Positions 50,861 to 64,000 of a stretch of 64,000 bases of DNA are shown piece after piece. Position 1 is the first letter of the stretch. Each line of letters begins with the position of its first letter. Source of the DNA: Octopus bimaculoides (taxonomy: Eukaryota); contig NC_068984.1 in the NCBI RefSeq assembly GCF_001194135.2, forward strand, positions 114,309,226 through 114,373,225, written 5' to 3'. The notes below the pieces were generated by a model that was given only the letters and a program-made list of their open reading frames with translations, was not told the DNA's origin and made no database searches. A program made the position numbers and the translations under genes.

Positions 50861-51280
50861 TAGTCTACCCCCCGCTTATTCGTGGTTTGGCATTCACAGT
50901 CCCGGTTATTTGCAGAAACCACTGCCTATTTGCAGAATAGTAAATATCGTCTGCAATTTTTTATGGCTTTTTCGTGGCAATATATATTTTTCACACTTTT
51001 TAAGGCTAAATTATTAATAACAATATACCGAATTTGCTGGCTTACTGGACGCCCATTCGCAGTTGAAGCTCCCTCTGATTAGAATAGCCGTGCATCATGT
51101 CGGTTGATTGTTTTAGATACGAGTATACTGTATCTTGTATCTCCTATTCCTGCTTTCAATCAAAGCTTGCTAATTAGTATCGCAACATCTATCTATATTT
51201 CATACATACACAGTCTCTCTCCCTCTCTCACTGTATTTGTCTCTCAACAACAACCTCTCATTGTAGTGAATGCATGTATG

Positions 51281-51336
<56 letters not shown>

Positions 51337-52776
51337 GTGTATCACACCAGTATTACTTGGGCTAGTGATGAGAGATCAAAGATATATACAACAGGAGAGT
51401 GAATGTTAATTTTATACCAGTGCTTTTTTTTTTTAAATCATTGCTACATTTGGTTATACACATTGTTTATTTCAACAGAATAATTTTTAAGGTTGTGAGC
51501 CAATACAGCCTCATTGAAATTAGGTTACTTGCTGGTCCCTCTCTCTCTCTCTCTCTCTTATTATTATAGTATAGATTACTGTATCTAGTGGTAATACAAA
51601 CTAAATTTTTCAAATCCATGATTATTTTTAATCTCTGCTCAATCTCCCATTGGTGGTATGTGCATATTATACGAAAGGAAGATTTTGTAGGTTTTTTTGG
51701 AGAAAACTGCATCCAGTAGCTATCTAGAGTATTTTGTTGAGTGCTGTGTTTTTGCGAATGTTTTGATGACATCATGCAAGATGAGGTCAACAACCTCATC
51801 CCTGCCCACTCTGAAACCTTGACAGACGAAGATTTGTTGGAGTTAATGAAGTCTGCCAGTGAAGAGGAGGAGGAAGCGCCAAATCCAGAGGAAGAGAGGA
51901 TGAGGTGGGCCTGGCAATCAAACGTCTGTCAGACCTTTTAAGGACAGCAAAGAAGTTGCAAGGGAAGGTAGAAGCATGAGATCCCTACATGTTTCGGTCT
52001 CTCCAATTTAAAAATGTCATCGATGCTGCCATGCAGACATATAAACCTCTCCTCACCACCATGAAGAAACAAAGACAGCAACTTCCCATCACAATGTTCC
52101 TCAAGTCCACCAAGAAAGTCTTGCACGAAGATATGACATCCCCTAAAACACCTGAAGAGATTTAAATCTTTATTGCTGTGCAGTCATTACCTTCATTATT
52201 TTCAGTATCATCATTGTCGTTTAACATCTGATTTCCATGCTGGCATGGGCTGGATGGTTCGACTAAGAGCTGGCAAGCCAGAAGGCTGCACCAGGCTCCA
52301 ATCTGATCTGGCAAAGTTTCTACAGCTGGATACCCTTCCTAATGCTAACCACTCGAAGAGTGTAGTGGGTGCTTTTTACATGCCACCAGCACAAGGGCCA
52401 GTCGGGCAGTACTGGTATCGACCATGTTTGAATGGTGCTTTCTACATACCACCAGCAGGGTACCAGTCAGCCGGCACTGGCATCGACCATGCTCAAATGG
52501 TGCTTTTTACGTGCCACTGGCACAGGAGCCAGTCAGGCAGTACTGGCAACAATGCTCAAATGGAGTTTTTTTAAATCAATATCATTCATTATTGGTGAGT
52601 AACCATACATTTTACTTCATTTTTTATTAAATTATTATTAAATATTATATATATATGAAACATTATATTTTGACATTTATAGGCATTTTTACAGACCATG
52701 TCTCCAATATTCGCAGTTTTTCACTATTTGAGGGTGCTCTAGGAACATAACCCCCACGAATACCAGGGGACTACTG
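50861..52776 (+). mobile_element. Tigger/pogo-like element with a nested RTE tail
   Basis: Imperfect TIRs (TAGTCTACCCCCCGCTTATTCGTGG / CCACGAATACCAGGGGACTACTG) with TA duplications. Tigger-like C-terminus LTDEDLLEL...QRQQLPITMFL at 51741-52150. Confidence 0.75.
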
Positions 52777-52960
52777 TATCATCAAACTCGGAATCTTGGA
52801 ATCTCGGGGTTAGTAGCCCATGCTCTTAACCACTGCGCCATATGCCCATGGGCATATGGCGGCTATACAGACACACATACTCAAAGCAGTTCTGTAAGTT
52901 TTAATTTACCAAATTCACGCTGAGATGGAAATTGTAAGACACCAACGTGTGTGTGTGTGT

Positions 52961-53390
<430 letters not shown>

Positions 53391-53567
53391 ACAGACGAGC
53401 GCACGAAGGGCTTCTTTCAGTTTCTTCTTACTAAATCCACTCAAGAACTCAGATTGATGTAATCAACTATCCTCTTGGTATGTCAAAGAAAATACTAATA
53501 ATTTTGATAGTTTCATCCTGAAAAAATTAAAGCAACAGCGTTTCAATGATTACAGAAACGTTCTTAC

Positions 53568-53650
53568 CATTTGTCTAAGAATGATTGTTTCACTGCTTTC
53601 AGTTCCAGTGATGACCGGAAACATAAGTGGATGAATATATTTGAAGAGTA
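53568..53650 (-). other. Candidate 5'UTR first exon of C1orf43 ending ...ATG|GTAAG
   Basis: GTAAGA donor at 53567, a CCGGAA ETS-like motif at about 53615, and position upstream of the start exon. The 5' boundary is approximate. Confidence 0.45.
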
Positions 53651-55297
53651 AAAACAAGATATTGCATTTCTAATTACATTTTCATCCTCAGAAATCGAAA
53701 CAATTTCAAATTTCCAGCCAGTGAAAACAGTACAATGCTAATGATTTGATTTAAATTATATTCCTTAATTTGCTCACACCTTTAGTCATGTATTTTTACA
53801 GTTCACAATAGGAAAACCCTTCGTAGAACAACGAGAAAGACATTGATACTACAATAAGGAAAAGGCCGGTTCAGAAAGTATATTTATTCCGATCCATCTT
53901 TTGAAGATTTGCTTCCTATTTCTAGCAAGATTTGACAAACGTAGAGGGCTCCGCTGTTACCTCGTTACAACGTGTGTTTAATATGTGCTTTCTGCATGGA
54001 AAAACATATTTATTATCATCACTCATGTTCCTGGGGTCGGCTTGCCATGAGTCTCCAGTTCCCCGTGTTGTGCTGTATACATACAAATACAGAAGCTTAT
54101 TATACGACATCGCAATTATATATTGTAGACAAGAATATAGATTATCGAAAGAACGTAAATATGTCAGTGGACCTCAAAAAGAATGCCAAAAATGACTAAT
54201 TATTTAAAATAAAACTAAATTTTAGGTTATTTCATTCCGATTTGAATATATATATCAAAGTGAACGAATATTTACCTTTCTCCCTTCAACAAAGCAACAT
54301 GGAAGAACACCACACCTTCCATCGCACTGGATATTTAAATCCTTATTCCTCATATTATGCATCGTACACACTTAAAACAATATTGCTAACTGAATAATAT
54401 ATCTAAAATACTATTTAAAACGAATCGTAAATTTTAAATATTTCCATTTCTATTTCGTCACATAGGGAAATAAATATTTGTGTGTTACAATTTTCAATGA
54501 AGTAAATATGTCATAGCATTATAGAATTCATGTTAATTGGTTTGTTTACTATTTTGGAATAAATAAAACTAACATAGATATTGAAAATAACGGAGTTACA
54601 TATGGATTTTTGAAATCAAAACAAGTATAAATACAAATTTATGTGAGAAAACTTAATTATATATTCCTTTATTTAGGCCAAATATTAATAACATGCATTA
54701 TGTTTTTAAATGTTTCGCCGCAGTTTCGTAAAGCTGTTGCTAAGGGTGATCAAACTTAGTTTAAAAAATTATTAATATTTTGTTACTATAAGCTCAATTC
54801 GATTTTGTTAATATATATATTATATTTTATTGTATCGAAATAACATTTAGATACAAACGACACGAGTATGTTTCACGGAACATAAGACCTATCACTTGTT
54901 TATATAAATTTAAAAAATTCCCACTTGTTAATCAGTTTCTATGGAAACAATTTTTTTTTACAAGTGTACCTTGGACTTGTTAAGTAATTAATTAAAAAAT
55001 ATATATGTCTATCTCCAGATGGATTTAAATCAACGTTTTGCTTGAGAGGTTGTTATTAATTTCGCGTCAAAATAAGTAACCGCATCACTGAGCACGTTGG
55101 TTCTCATTTAAAGAAAAACAAGTAACTAGACAGAATAGGATTGCTGGTTCAACCGACCCACTCTTAATGAGTAATAGATCAATATCCTTTGTTCTAGAGG
55201 ACGCATTTCGGAATTTTATTTTCGGGTTCACTTTCATTTCAATTCACTTCCTAGGAAATATTAAGGATTACAAAAAGAAAACTGATTTGCAACTAAA
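53570..55297. promoter_or_regulatory. Bidirectional promoter region between C1orf43 (-) and NEK11-like (+)
   Basis: Divergent gene starts, almost no TE insertions, and more CpG dinucleotides than the flanking introns. Confidence 0.6.
54276..54335 (-). other. Candidate alternative 5'UTR first exon of C1orf43
   Basis: GAAAG|GTAAAT donor at 54275 within the CpG-retaining intergenic region. The 5' boundary is approximate. Confidence 0.35.
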
Positions 55298-55437
55298 ATG
55301 ATAACTAATCGTCCTGCAGAAGGCTCAAATAAAGTACCAACAGTTCTGGCTGAAAGATATGTGATTGGGAAAAAACTCGGATCTGGTCATTTTGGCACTG
55401 TCTTCCTTTGTAAAGATAAAGAAGAAAACGAAAAAAA
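55298..55437 (+). CDS. NEK11: NEK11-like Ser/Thr kinase, first coding exon (MITNRPAEGSNKVPTVLAERYVIGKKLGSGHFGTVFLCKDKEENEK)
   Basis: Kinase glycine loop LGSGHFGTVF. Closest recalled match is NEK11 (LIARRYVLQQKLGSGSFGTVYLVSDKK). Putative GTTTGT donor at 55438, phase 2. The next exon (KVLKEI...) was not found in the window. Confidence 0.7.
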
Positions 55438-57589
55438 GTTTGTTTTTAATGATTCAATTATTATTTTCGATTTATATTCTACTTCTTTAACTCAAAGTGA
55501 ATTTGTTTTTGATCTTTTTTTAAGATCAAAATTCTAATTATATTTTACTTTTACGCTTTTAATTCTAACAACGGACACTATTTTATTTCAGAATTAAATT
55601 TCGTTTTCGTAATCAATTCTAAAATAATGCTTAAATTATCAAGTTAATTTAATTCTTAACTTATTTCAATATTCCAATATATTCTTCCTGGAAGATACTC
55701 ATTCATCTCATATTTAAGAGGTAAAACACGGGAACGCATGTGCTTGTTCTCTCACTAGCCCGCGCACACACGCATGTTTTTATATATACACACACACATA
55801 CTCTCACTCAACCTGTTGATATACATATAGGTTGGAATAATACAGAAATATGCAGTGGCCTACAATAACCTTCTATCGGGATGTTCTCATATATGTTCCA
55901 TTGGATTAAGATTGGGGTTTGAGGAATCCAAATGGGAGGTTTTATTCCCAAATTTGTGATTCCTTACTTGCTTGTATGGCTTCTGCTCTAATTGTTTTTT
56001 TTTGTTTTTTTGTTGTTAATGGTCTTCTTATCGATTCCCACATCAGAAAAGATGGGTGACAGACCCTTTTAAAGTCTTTGAGAGCATTCTGGGCCATTTA
56101 AAAATGTTTTCAACAAAAATGAGGTCTGATCAACCTATTGCGCCAACCGTACCCCCACCCCCAAATGATACCTCCCCCCAACTCCCCCATATTTAACAGT
56201 CCCTTGNNNNNNNNNNTGATACCTCCCCCCAACTCCCCCATATTTAACAGTCCCTTGCAAGTGGTTTAGCTTTGATGTTTCAGTTTAGCTGTGCCCCATA
56301 TAGTTTTGAATTAGATTGGAAAAATTGCTGAATTTGTTTTTGTCAGGCCATATTTTTAGTAACTACAACTTGGGGTTCCTTGTTGCAAAACTTTTCTGTT
56401 CAGTCAACTCTTTCAGTCTTATTAGCTTTTAAAACCATTGGCTTCTTTCTTGCAATTCTTCATTCATGTCTATGGTCTTTCAAAACTGTTTTTATGTAAT
56501 ATGACACCATATTCATAGAATTTGTAGCCTTCCTAACAGTTGCAAGATAATGTTTAATTACTTTCCATTTAACTGCCTTCTTTGACCTCTTGGAAACTTT
56601 CTGTAACCTCCCATATCTCTTCTTTGCTCAGGAATGCTCTTTTTCAGTCCACCTTTTGACTATGTTATTAACTGCTTGATGATTAATACTGAAAAATTGA
56701 ACTATATTTTCAGTGGATTTTTCCACAATCATACACTGTGGAAAACACATCTCTTTCTCTTTCCAGTTAGGGTAGCCATGTTTTGTGAGTTACTTGGTGA
56801 CCTCACTTTTGCCAGTGCATAGAAAAATAGTACCCTAAACACTGTAAAAAGTGTCTGGTATTAGAAAGGGCACCCTGCTATAGAAAAGCAGACATTGAAG
56901 TTCTATGCAGCCTTCTGGCTAAGCAGTTTCTGACAAACTATCCAACTCACACCTGCATGGAAAATGAATGTTAGATGATGATGCTGGCACCAATTGATGA
57001 TTTGTCCAATGTTTTGAAGTATAATGTATTAAAATTTATTGGCAGTATTTCGGCAGTAATTTTTTCATTGCTTTGTAAATGAACATTCCTTTAGCATAAC
57101 TACTTTTCATCTTATAGCTCTCTATTTTACATTTCCATTGTGGACTTCGGAGTTTCTTTCATGTTGTATGTCTTGCCAATGTTCTTCTTACAAGCATATC
57201 ATATGTATACTTATGCATATATACTATAGGAATATATGATGCAATGATATCAAATCAATGTAAAACGTGGTATCTTAAAGATAACATGTTCGCACTAGTA
57301 TACATACATACATACATGCATGCACGTGCTCACACACACATACACACACACAATGCTCCAGGATCCTATAATGCAATACCACTCAGTGCAGTGTTCCAAC
57401 ACTAGCATGACAAGCAAGTGGAGGAAGCATATCAACAAAAGCCTTAGAAGTAATGAAAGATGCAGTAAATCTTCAGATAACCAAAGCATACTTCATTAGA
57501 AAATTTAAGCTTACCATGAATTGTGATATTGACATGTAGCAATATATATGCCTCTCTTGGTAAAAAGAAAAAACCCTTCTCTCAGAATG

Positions 57590-58000
57590 AAAGGCAGATT
57601 CTATCATGTTTTTATACAAACAGCAATGTTACATGGTTGTGAAACTTGGGCCATGAATGCAGAGGATATGTGAAAACAAGAAAGAAATGAAGCTGGCATG
57701 CTTGGCTGGCTGTGCCGCATCAGTGCGTATGTGCATGTACAACAAAGTACAAATGTGTTGAGAGAAATTGGGCACAAGGTGCATTAGATGCGGTGTGCAA
57801 GAGAGAAGACTGCACTTGTATGGTCATGTGATGCAAATGAGTGAAGACAGTTGCATAAAGAAGTGTTGATTGCTAAATGTGGATGGAACCTGTGGAAGAG
57901 GGAAACCCAGAAAAATGTGACATGAAGTAGTGAAGACTGACCTCAAGATGGCGAACCTCACAAAGGAGATGACAAAGGATTGAGATTACTGGCAATATAG
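57590..58000 (+). mobile_element. Decayed RTE C-terminal fragment
   Basis: MLHGCETWAM...LRE.L...QERRL.LYGHVM...GRGKPRK remnants. Confidence 0.65.
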
Positions 58001-59523
58001 GAAGATCCATCCACCTAAATAAAAACAAAATCTTATCAAGCCTTTTCCCACAACTCATCTTCTAACATCCATCCCTCTATCACTCTTCTAACTATGGCAC
58101 AACTCACTGAGGTGCTGCATACCATTTATTCTCCTACTTTACATTGTCTCCCTAATATTGTCACTTATCACTTCTTTCTCCTACTTGACCTACTCCTGTT
58201 TCTTTTACTCTCCACTCAAACTGTTCTTCACTACTGACCATGCTTCCACTCATATGTCCCATTCATTGAGTCCACACCTATCCTCATCTCTAACCATCTG
58301 TCATATGCCTTTCACACAAACTTACCTACCTACCTACCCACCCTTTCTGATCCTATATAATTACTCTGTCTTATATTCCCTGTGCACTCTGACAGTACAC
58401 TCTCACTATCTCTTTCTCTTTTGCTACTCTCTCTCAGCATCTGGCATAAAGCCACCACCCTCAATATTACATCTCCACTCAGCTGAGGCATCTTGTTTTG
58501 CAAGTTACTTGGTGACTTCACTAGTATCATTGCCAAAAAAAAATTAAATAAAGAAAACAACCAGTACATTCTGCAAAGTGGTTGGCATTAGGGAAGACAT
58601 CCAGTCACAGAAGCTACACCAAAGCAGACATTGGGGTCTGGTGTGGTCCTCTAACTTGCTGGTTCCTGTTGAACTGTCCAACCCATTTCAGTATGGAAAA
58701 CAGACATCAAACAGTGATGATGAGGAGGAGAAGGTTACTATTTCACCGTGCTATGCAAACGTCACATCTGTTGAAGCATTTTTGAATCTGAACATGCTCA
58801 CAACTTGACATTAACAGCTTACCCAGAAAAAAAAAGCTCACTCTACAGTTATTTTCTTGTTGAATTTATTTTAACTGGACTCTTTATAAATTAACCAGTC
58901 TATGTATTTCTATATACATAGCTATTTAACATTCCCTCAGTCTATTTATCTACCCAACCACCAATTCATCTATTTACTCTTCCATATATCTAACTATCTT
59001 TTTATTGATTAATCTGCCTATTCCAGTTCTATATTTAAGAGAATGTAAATAATGTAATCTGCCTATGTCTCTCTCTATATATATATCCATCCCTTTCTCC
59101 ATATTCTTATCCACCAATATCTTTATCTTTCCACCTTTCTATCTGTGTAAATGCTAACTTCTACTATGTTATATGGGCAATACAGATGAACATTAAAACC
59201 TGAAGCAATAACATAGTTCTCTTGTCTTGTTACACTATTCTGATATATCAGATGGGTTTTTTTTATATCGAACTAAACTTTTACCATGTCTAATGCTATT
59301 CTAATATATTAGATACTTTTTTAATATTTCATGCTTTAGTTAAGTTCAGTCTCACTCTGCTGTCTGAGATTTAACTGAAAAGATGTGATATTCATCACAA
59401 ACACACGTTTTGTGTGTGTGTGTCTGTTTGTACGTGCATGTGTGCATGTATGAGTGTATCCATTCATTTAAAAAAAAATTTTTCCATGGGTTACTCCTCC
59501 CTCTCTGTATCTATCTATCTATG

Positions 59524-59562
<39 letters not shown>

Positions 59563-60239
59563 ACACACACACACATACATATATTTATGTATATATTGCC
59601 ATTAGATGATGTAAGGGTGACTCAATAGATCACAGCCTTTGAGAGGGCTGCTAAGTGAGATTTTGACTCTTATTAACCGGGGAGTTGAGTGGAGATTATA
59701 GTTTGTGAAAGGGTGTAAAATTATATTTACGGTCAGCGACCCAGGTGAGATAGGAGTCTGCTCTGGTGTTTCCTCTGACTCCGATCTAGGTGTAATTTAT
59801 TATATAACCCCCTCTTTCTTTGAGCTTCTTAATGAAAAGTAGTACTCTACTATTACTACCAGGTTTTTCCTCTCCAGGCAAACATATTCTAATATTACAA
59901 GTGGTCTCCACTAACACATAACATATTCATATCTAAAGCAACTTTCTACATTTTCCACTTTACCTGATAAATCAATCACACTTAATACTACAATTCCTTA
60001 AAAGTTAGATCTTATTATTTGATTGTCTTTGTTCCCTCCCCTAACATTCAACCTATACCACAGAATACCCTTAAGCTTTGTATATCTCTGCCCTCCACCC
60101 TTTGTTCTTTAGCCTTAGCTAGCAAGCCCTAAACCCCGACCCTATGCCTAACTGGCTTTATGTATGCACTTATTTTTCTTCACTTTTACTTTTGCTTTCT
60201 TTATTCTTTATCCTTAATTTATCTTTGATCCTCTCTCAG

Positions 60240-61151
60240 GACTTCCAGTTGAGTTTGATGATAAGCTCCCTGAGGCATTACTTGAAGAAAATCCTGCATT
60301 ATCAGTTGAAGAATTGGCAATAAAGCTTAGTTCAAACCATACAACTGTTCATCGTCATCTTCAACAACTTGGAAAGGTTCCTAAACTTGGAAAATGGGTG
60401 CCTCATGAATTGTCCGAAAGCAACTGCAAATCCTGAGTTGACATCTGCTCTTCTCTCCATTCTCACGAACTCATTTCACCCTTTTTGGATAGACTTGTGA
60501 CTGGTGACGAAAAATGGATCTTCTATCGAAATGTTAAACGTCGTAAACAGTGGCTTGGTAAAAGGGAAAAAGCTCAACCACAACCAAGAAGGGAACTTCA
60601 TGGGAAAGAGGTTCTTCTCTCTATCTGGTGTAATTGCAAAGGTGTAATTCACCTTGAATTGTTACCGCCTAATGCAACAATCAACACTCAAGTCTACTGT
60701 CAGCAATTAGAGCGTTTGAACCAAGCTTTGAAGAAAAAAAGATCTGCTTTAGTGAATCAAAAAGGAGTGAATCAGGGCAATGCGCAACTCCACACTGCAA
60801 AGATCACATCACAGAAGATCGAAGAGCTTCATAGGGAAAAAATTCTTCATCCACCTTATTCTCCCAACCTTGCTCCTTCAGACTACCATTTGTTTTGTAG
60901 TTTACAGAATCATTTGGGGAACATAACTTTTGCAAGCCAGGAGGAGGAGGTCGAAACTGACATTTCAGAGTTCTTCGCTTTGAAACCAAAAGAGTTATAC
61001 ATTGATGGGATTAAAAAGCTTGTAAATAGATGCATCGAAATCATAGATAATCAGGGAAAGTACATTGATGATTAAATTTCAACTAAATATAACATTTAAT
61101 CACTTGTTTTCTTTATTCAAAATTTGGACAGAACTTATGGGATGACCTGAT
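60240..61151 (+). mobile_element. 5'-truncated mariner transposase pseudogene
   Basis: WVPHEL, TGDEKW and YSPNLAPSDY motifs, an in-frame stop near 60435 and a damaged second catalytic D region. The right TIR ends ...GGGATGACCTGA-TA. Confidence 0.9.
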
Positions 61152-62718
61152 ACTTGTATGTATGTATTTACTTACATGCAATACATGTGTGTGTGTGTAC
61201 CTAATACTATCTCATTATTGCCTGCTGATACAACCACGTATGTATGTGTCCATCTATCATACAGGTATGTGTATGTGTGCATGTATATATGTGTAATGAG
61301 TGTATACATTAAGAACATTATACAAAGTAAACACTAATAACCTATATGTATGTCTATCTGCTAATCCTTCAATAAGGAACCATAGCTCATTGGCTAAAAA
61401 GAATTGAGGTCGAAGGAGATCCGGTTATAGGATGTCCAATGGCAGATTACGTACACTACCCCAACCTCCTGAAATTAGACTACAGCTAACATGCACCCCA
61501 GCTAGAATATATATTTATTTCTTTAGATCTCATAGCAGCTATGACCAGATTTGAAACTGAAGCCAATAAGGATTATGACATTACCCAAAGTAGCAAATAC
61601 TTTATTTTGTAGATGTAGTCTGTGTTGTCTTAAGGCACGTACATATTGGGCAGTTGGCCAGGGACCCCACAGTTCCAGTAGGCCCAATTTTGATCTGTGT
61701 ATGCTGTAGTTTGCTCTCAATAAATTAATATTGTAGGGTCCGGTTCAGTAATTTGCCCAGGGGTCAATAATGCTACTTAGATATCTCTGGCTGTAAGCTT
61801 TGTTCACATAAAATGCAGGAATCTATCTATCTATCTATTTATCTATCTATCCGTCTGCTTGTCTGTCTATCATTGTGCATCTGTCTATGGATGAATATTT
61901 ATATATGTATGTATGTGTATATGTATGATTGTATATTTGTGTGCATATGTATGCATGCATGTATGTATTTATTGTTTGTTCATTCTGGGTTATTTTTTAG
62001 AATTTCTCACCAATGGAGAAAGAACTGGTTTCTTACTCACAAACTAGCTAATACCACCTGGCTATTTGCATATATATGTAAGTATGTATGACTATGTATT
62101 ATGTATGTATGCACGTACGTATATACGTATGTATGTATGTATGTTGGTAGGTAGGTATGTATGTTCACATGTATGCCTATGTTCAAGTATGGATATCATT
62201 GCATGTGTGGATCTGTATGCTTTGACTCATGTATATGTGTACATATATTTGCATATTAATATGTTTACACTTGAACGTATGCGCTTATTGAATACCAAAC
62301 TTCTGGAATGTTTTACATTTTTCTCAGAGACCTCGTAACAGTAATTTCCTAATTGGCTGTGTTCATTCTGGTTTTGTGAAGCCCAGCTTCTCAAGATGAG
62401 GGCTGAGGCTGTTAGATTTCTATCCAAGCACCTCTGTATTTATAAGTATAACTCTCAAGCTATATTCTGGTTGGCATAGTTCTAAATTAGGAATCTGAAT
62501 AAGATCTTTTATCTTTTACTTGTTTCAGCCATTAGACTGTGGCCATGCTAGAGTTTTAGCCTTGAAGAGTTTTAGTCGAACAAATCGACCCCAGGCCTTT
62601 TTTTGTTGGTGTCTTTTGCTGAACCACTAAGTTCTGGAGACATAAATGCACCAACACTGATTTTCAAACTGTGGTGGTGGTGGGACAAACACGCACACAC
62701 ACACACACAATATCTATA

Positions 62719-63608
62719 TGTGAGGTCTGATCAATAAGTATCCAGACAGTTGCTATAGTAATGATGCTAAAGTACGCAGAGTGAAGCTACTTGGCATGAT
62801 TGACCTTGAACTCTGCTGTACATGTGCACTAAGTTTTAACATTCTAGCTCACTTCTGCTGTCTACAGCAGTGCTTTGATGGAAGGTGTGTAGCGTGTGAT
62901 TGTCTCATTGACCATGACAGAGAAAGTTGTCATGGCGATACCTGCTCAGAGGCCTAGGCAAAGTTACAGAAAGTGTATGGAGAGACGTGTATAAGCCGCA
63001 CACAAGTGTACGAGTGGTTCAGACGTTTCCAAGATGGCTTCAAAAATGTCAATTTGACGAATGTTCTGGGAGACACTCAGCAAAACTGAGAAAAACATCA
63101 CAGATGTGAATGCAGCTGTGAGGGGAAATCATCGAATCACCATCCGTGAGTTATCAGAGGATGTGCAGATTAGTTACGGTTCAGTTTAGTCCATTATCAC
63201 TGAAGATTTGGGTATGAGATGCCTGTCTGCTAGTTTCTGCAAAAACTGCTTTCAGGGGACCAAAAAAACACTTGGGTTTCAGTAGCACAAGATCTCCTTG
63301 ACTGTGTCAAGAAGGATGAAAACCTTTTGAAAACTTTGCGTAGGCCTCTGAGAGGTATTGCTAAGCTTTTAGCAAAATTTGATGCAGATTCTCTGCTCAA
63401 CTTTCTCTGTCATGGTCAATGCGATGATCACTCGCTACACTCTTTCCTTCCAAGTATTGCTGTAAACAGCAGAAGTGAGCTAGAATGTTAAAACTTAGTG
63501 CACATGCACAGCAGAGTTCAAGGTCAATCTGTGTCAAGCAACTTCACTTTGCATGCTTTAGTTTGTTACTATGGCAACAGTCTGGATACTTATTGATCAG
63601 ATCACGCA
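62719..63608 (+). mobile_element. Mariner derivative with 211-bp TIRs
   Basis: TA-flanked TIRs ...GTCTGATCAATAAGTATCCAGAC. Frameshifted HTH-region transposase remnant inside. Confidence 0.85.
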
Positions 63609-63623
63609 TATATATTTATATAT

Positions 63624-64000
63624 ATCTATATATATAAAAATGAGAATGTCTGTCTGTCTGTCTGTCTGTGTGTGTGTATCCCTAAAACTCGAGAACTACG
63701 CAACCAATTTCATTCAAATTTTACACATGCCTTACTTAGGGCTCCAGTTGTGTTTTAGTCAAAAAAATTTTTTAACTTCTTGCAGAGTTCGAGCCCACGG
63801 CAACATAATATCTCCTCCACTATTTAAGTATTACGTGTCAAAAGTGAAACAAAAACACTCATGTCAAATACTTTCACTTTAAAAATGAAACTATTCCACT
63901 AACTGAAACAATCACATTTCGATACTGTAATGACAGATACTTTCAGAGAGAGAGATGTATATGTATATATATATAGATGTATATGTACACGTATATGTAT
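63624..64000 (+). mobile_element. 5' end of a non-autonomous Helitron-like repeat; a related end lies on the minus strand at about 48230-48408
   Basis: TCTATATATATAAAA followed by (CTGT)n and ...AACCAATTTCATTCAAATTTT, a layout typical of such elements. Confidence 0.45.

Noticed and set aside
56166-56257. Exact ~41-bp direct repeat around a 10-N gap
   Set aside because: Typical unmerged contig overlap.
60181-61075. SETMAR-like exonisation of the mariner into NEK11 (pyrimidine tract and cag at 60239)
   Set aside because: The transposase frame needs phase 1 but the kinase exon ends in phase 2, which gives an immediate stop. The transposase also has an internal stop and a damaged catalytic motif.
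62320-62460. EAQLL peptide as NEK11 exon 2
   Set aside because: The surrounding frame lacks KVLKEI and HP.IV.F, so it is probably a chance match.

Overview
This is AT-rich, microsatellite-laden eukaryotic DNA with about ten assembly gaps. The repeat inventory (tRNA-derived SINEs with CORE- and Nin-like segments, RTE LINEs with (GAT)n tails, mariner, Tigger, hAT and TTAA MITEs) resembles a cephalopod, most likely Octopus (inference). It is not prokaryotic and has no CRISPR array. Two host genes were read by hand. (1) A minus-strand C1orf43/NICE-3 homologue with six phase-compatible coding exons from 49592 down to 10458; one expected exon was not found. (2) The first coding exon of a plus-strand NEK11-like kinase at 55298-55437, head-to-head with it. 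The unidentified 5' end of a third gene probably lies at about 600-2900 on the minus strand. Most interesting unexplained structure: three Penelope-type minimal hammerhead ribozyme motifs sharing a palindromic helix III (GAAACAGCTGT-H); a 404-bp palindrome of two divergent tRNA-Thr-like units with a 16-bp flanking direct repeat; a second head-to-head tRNA-like palindrome remnant; fold-back hairpins at the 5' junctions of truncated RTE copies; two independent ~890-bp mariner derivatives whose 3' end is an inverted copy of the 5' end; and a CpG-rich promoter-like site inside a C1orf43 intron. All homology calls are from memory of the families, not from database searches.
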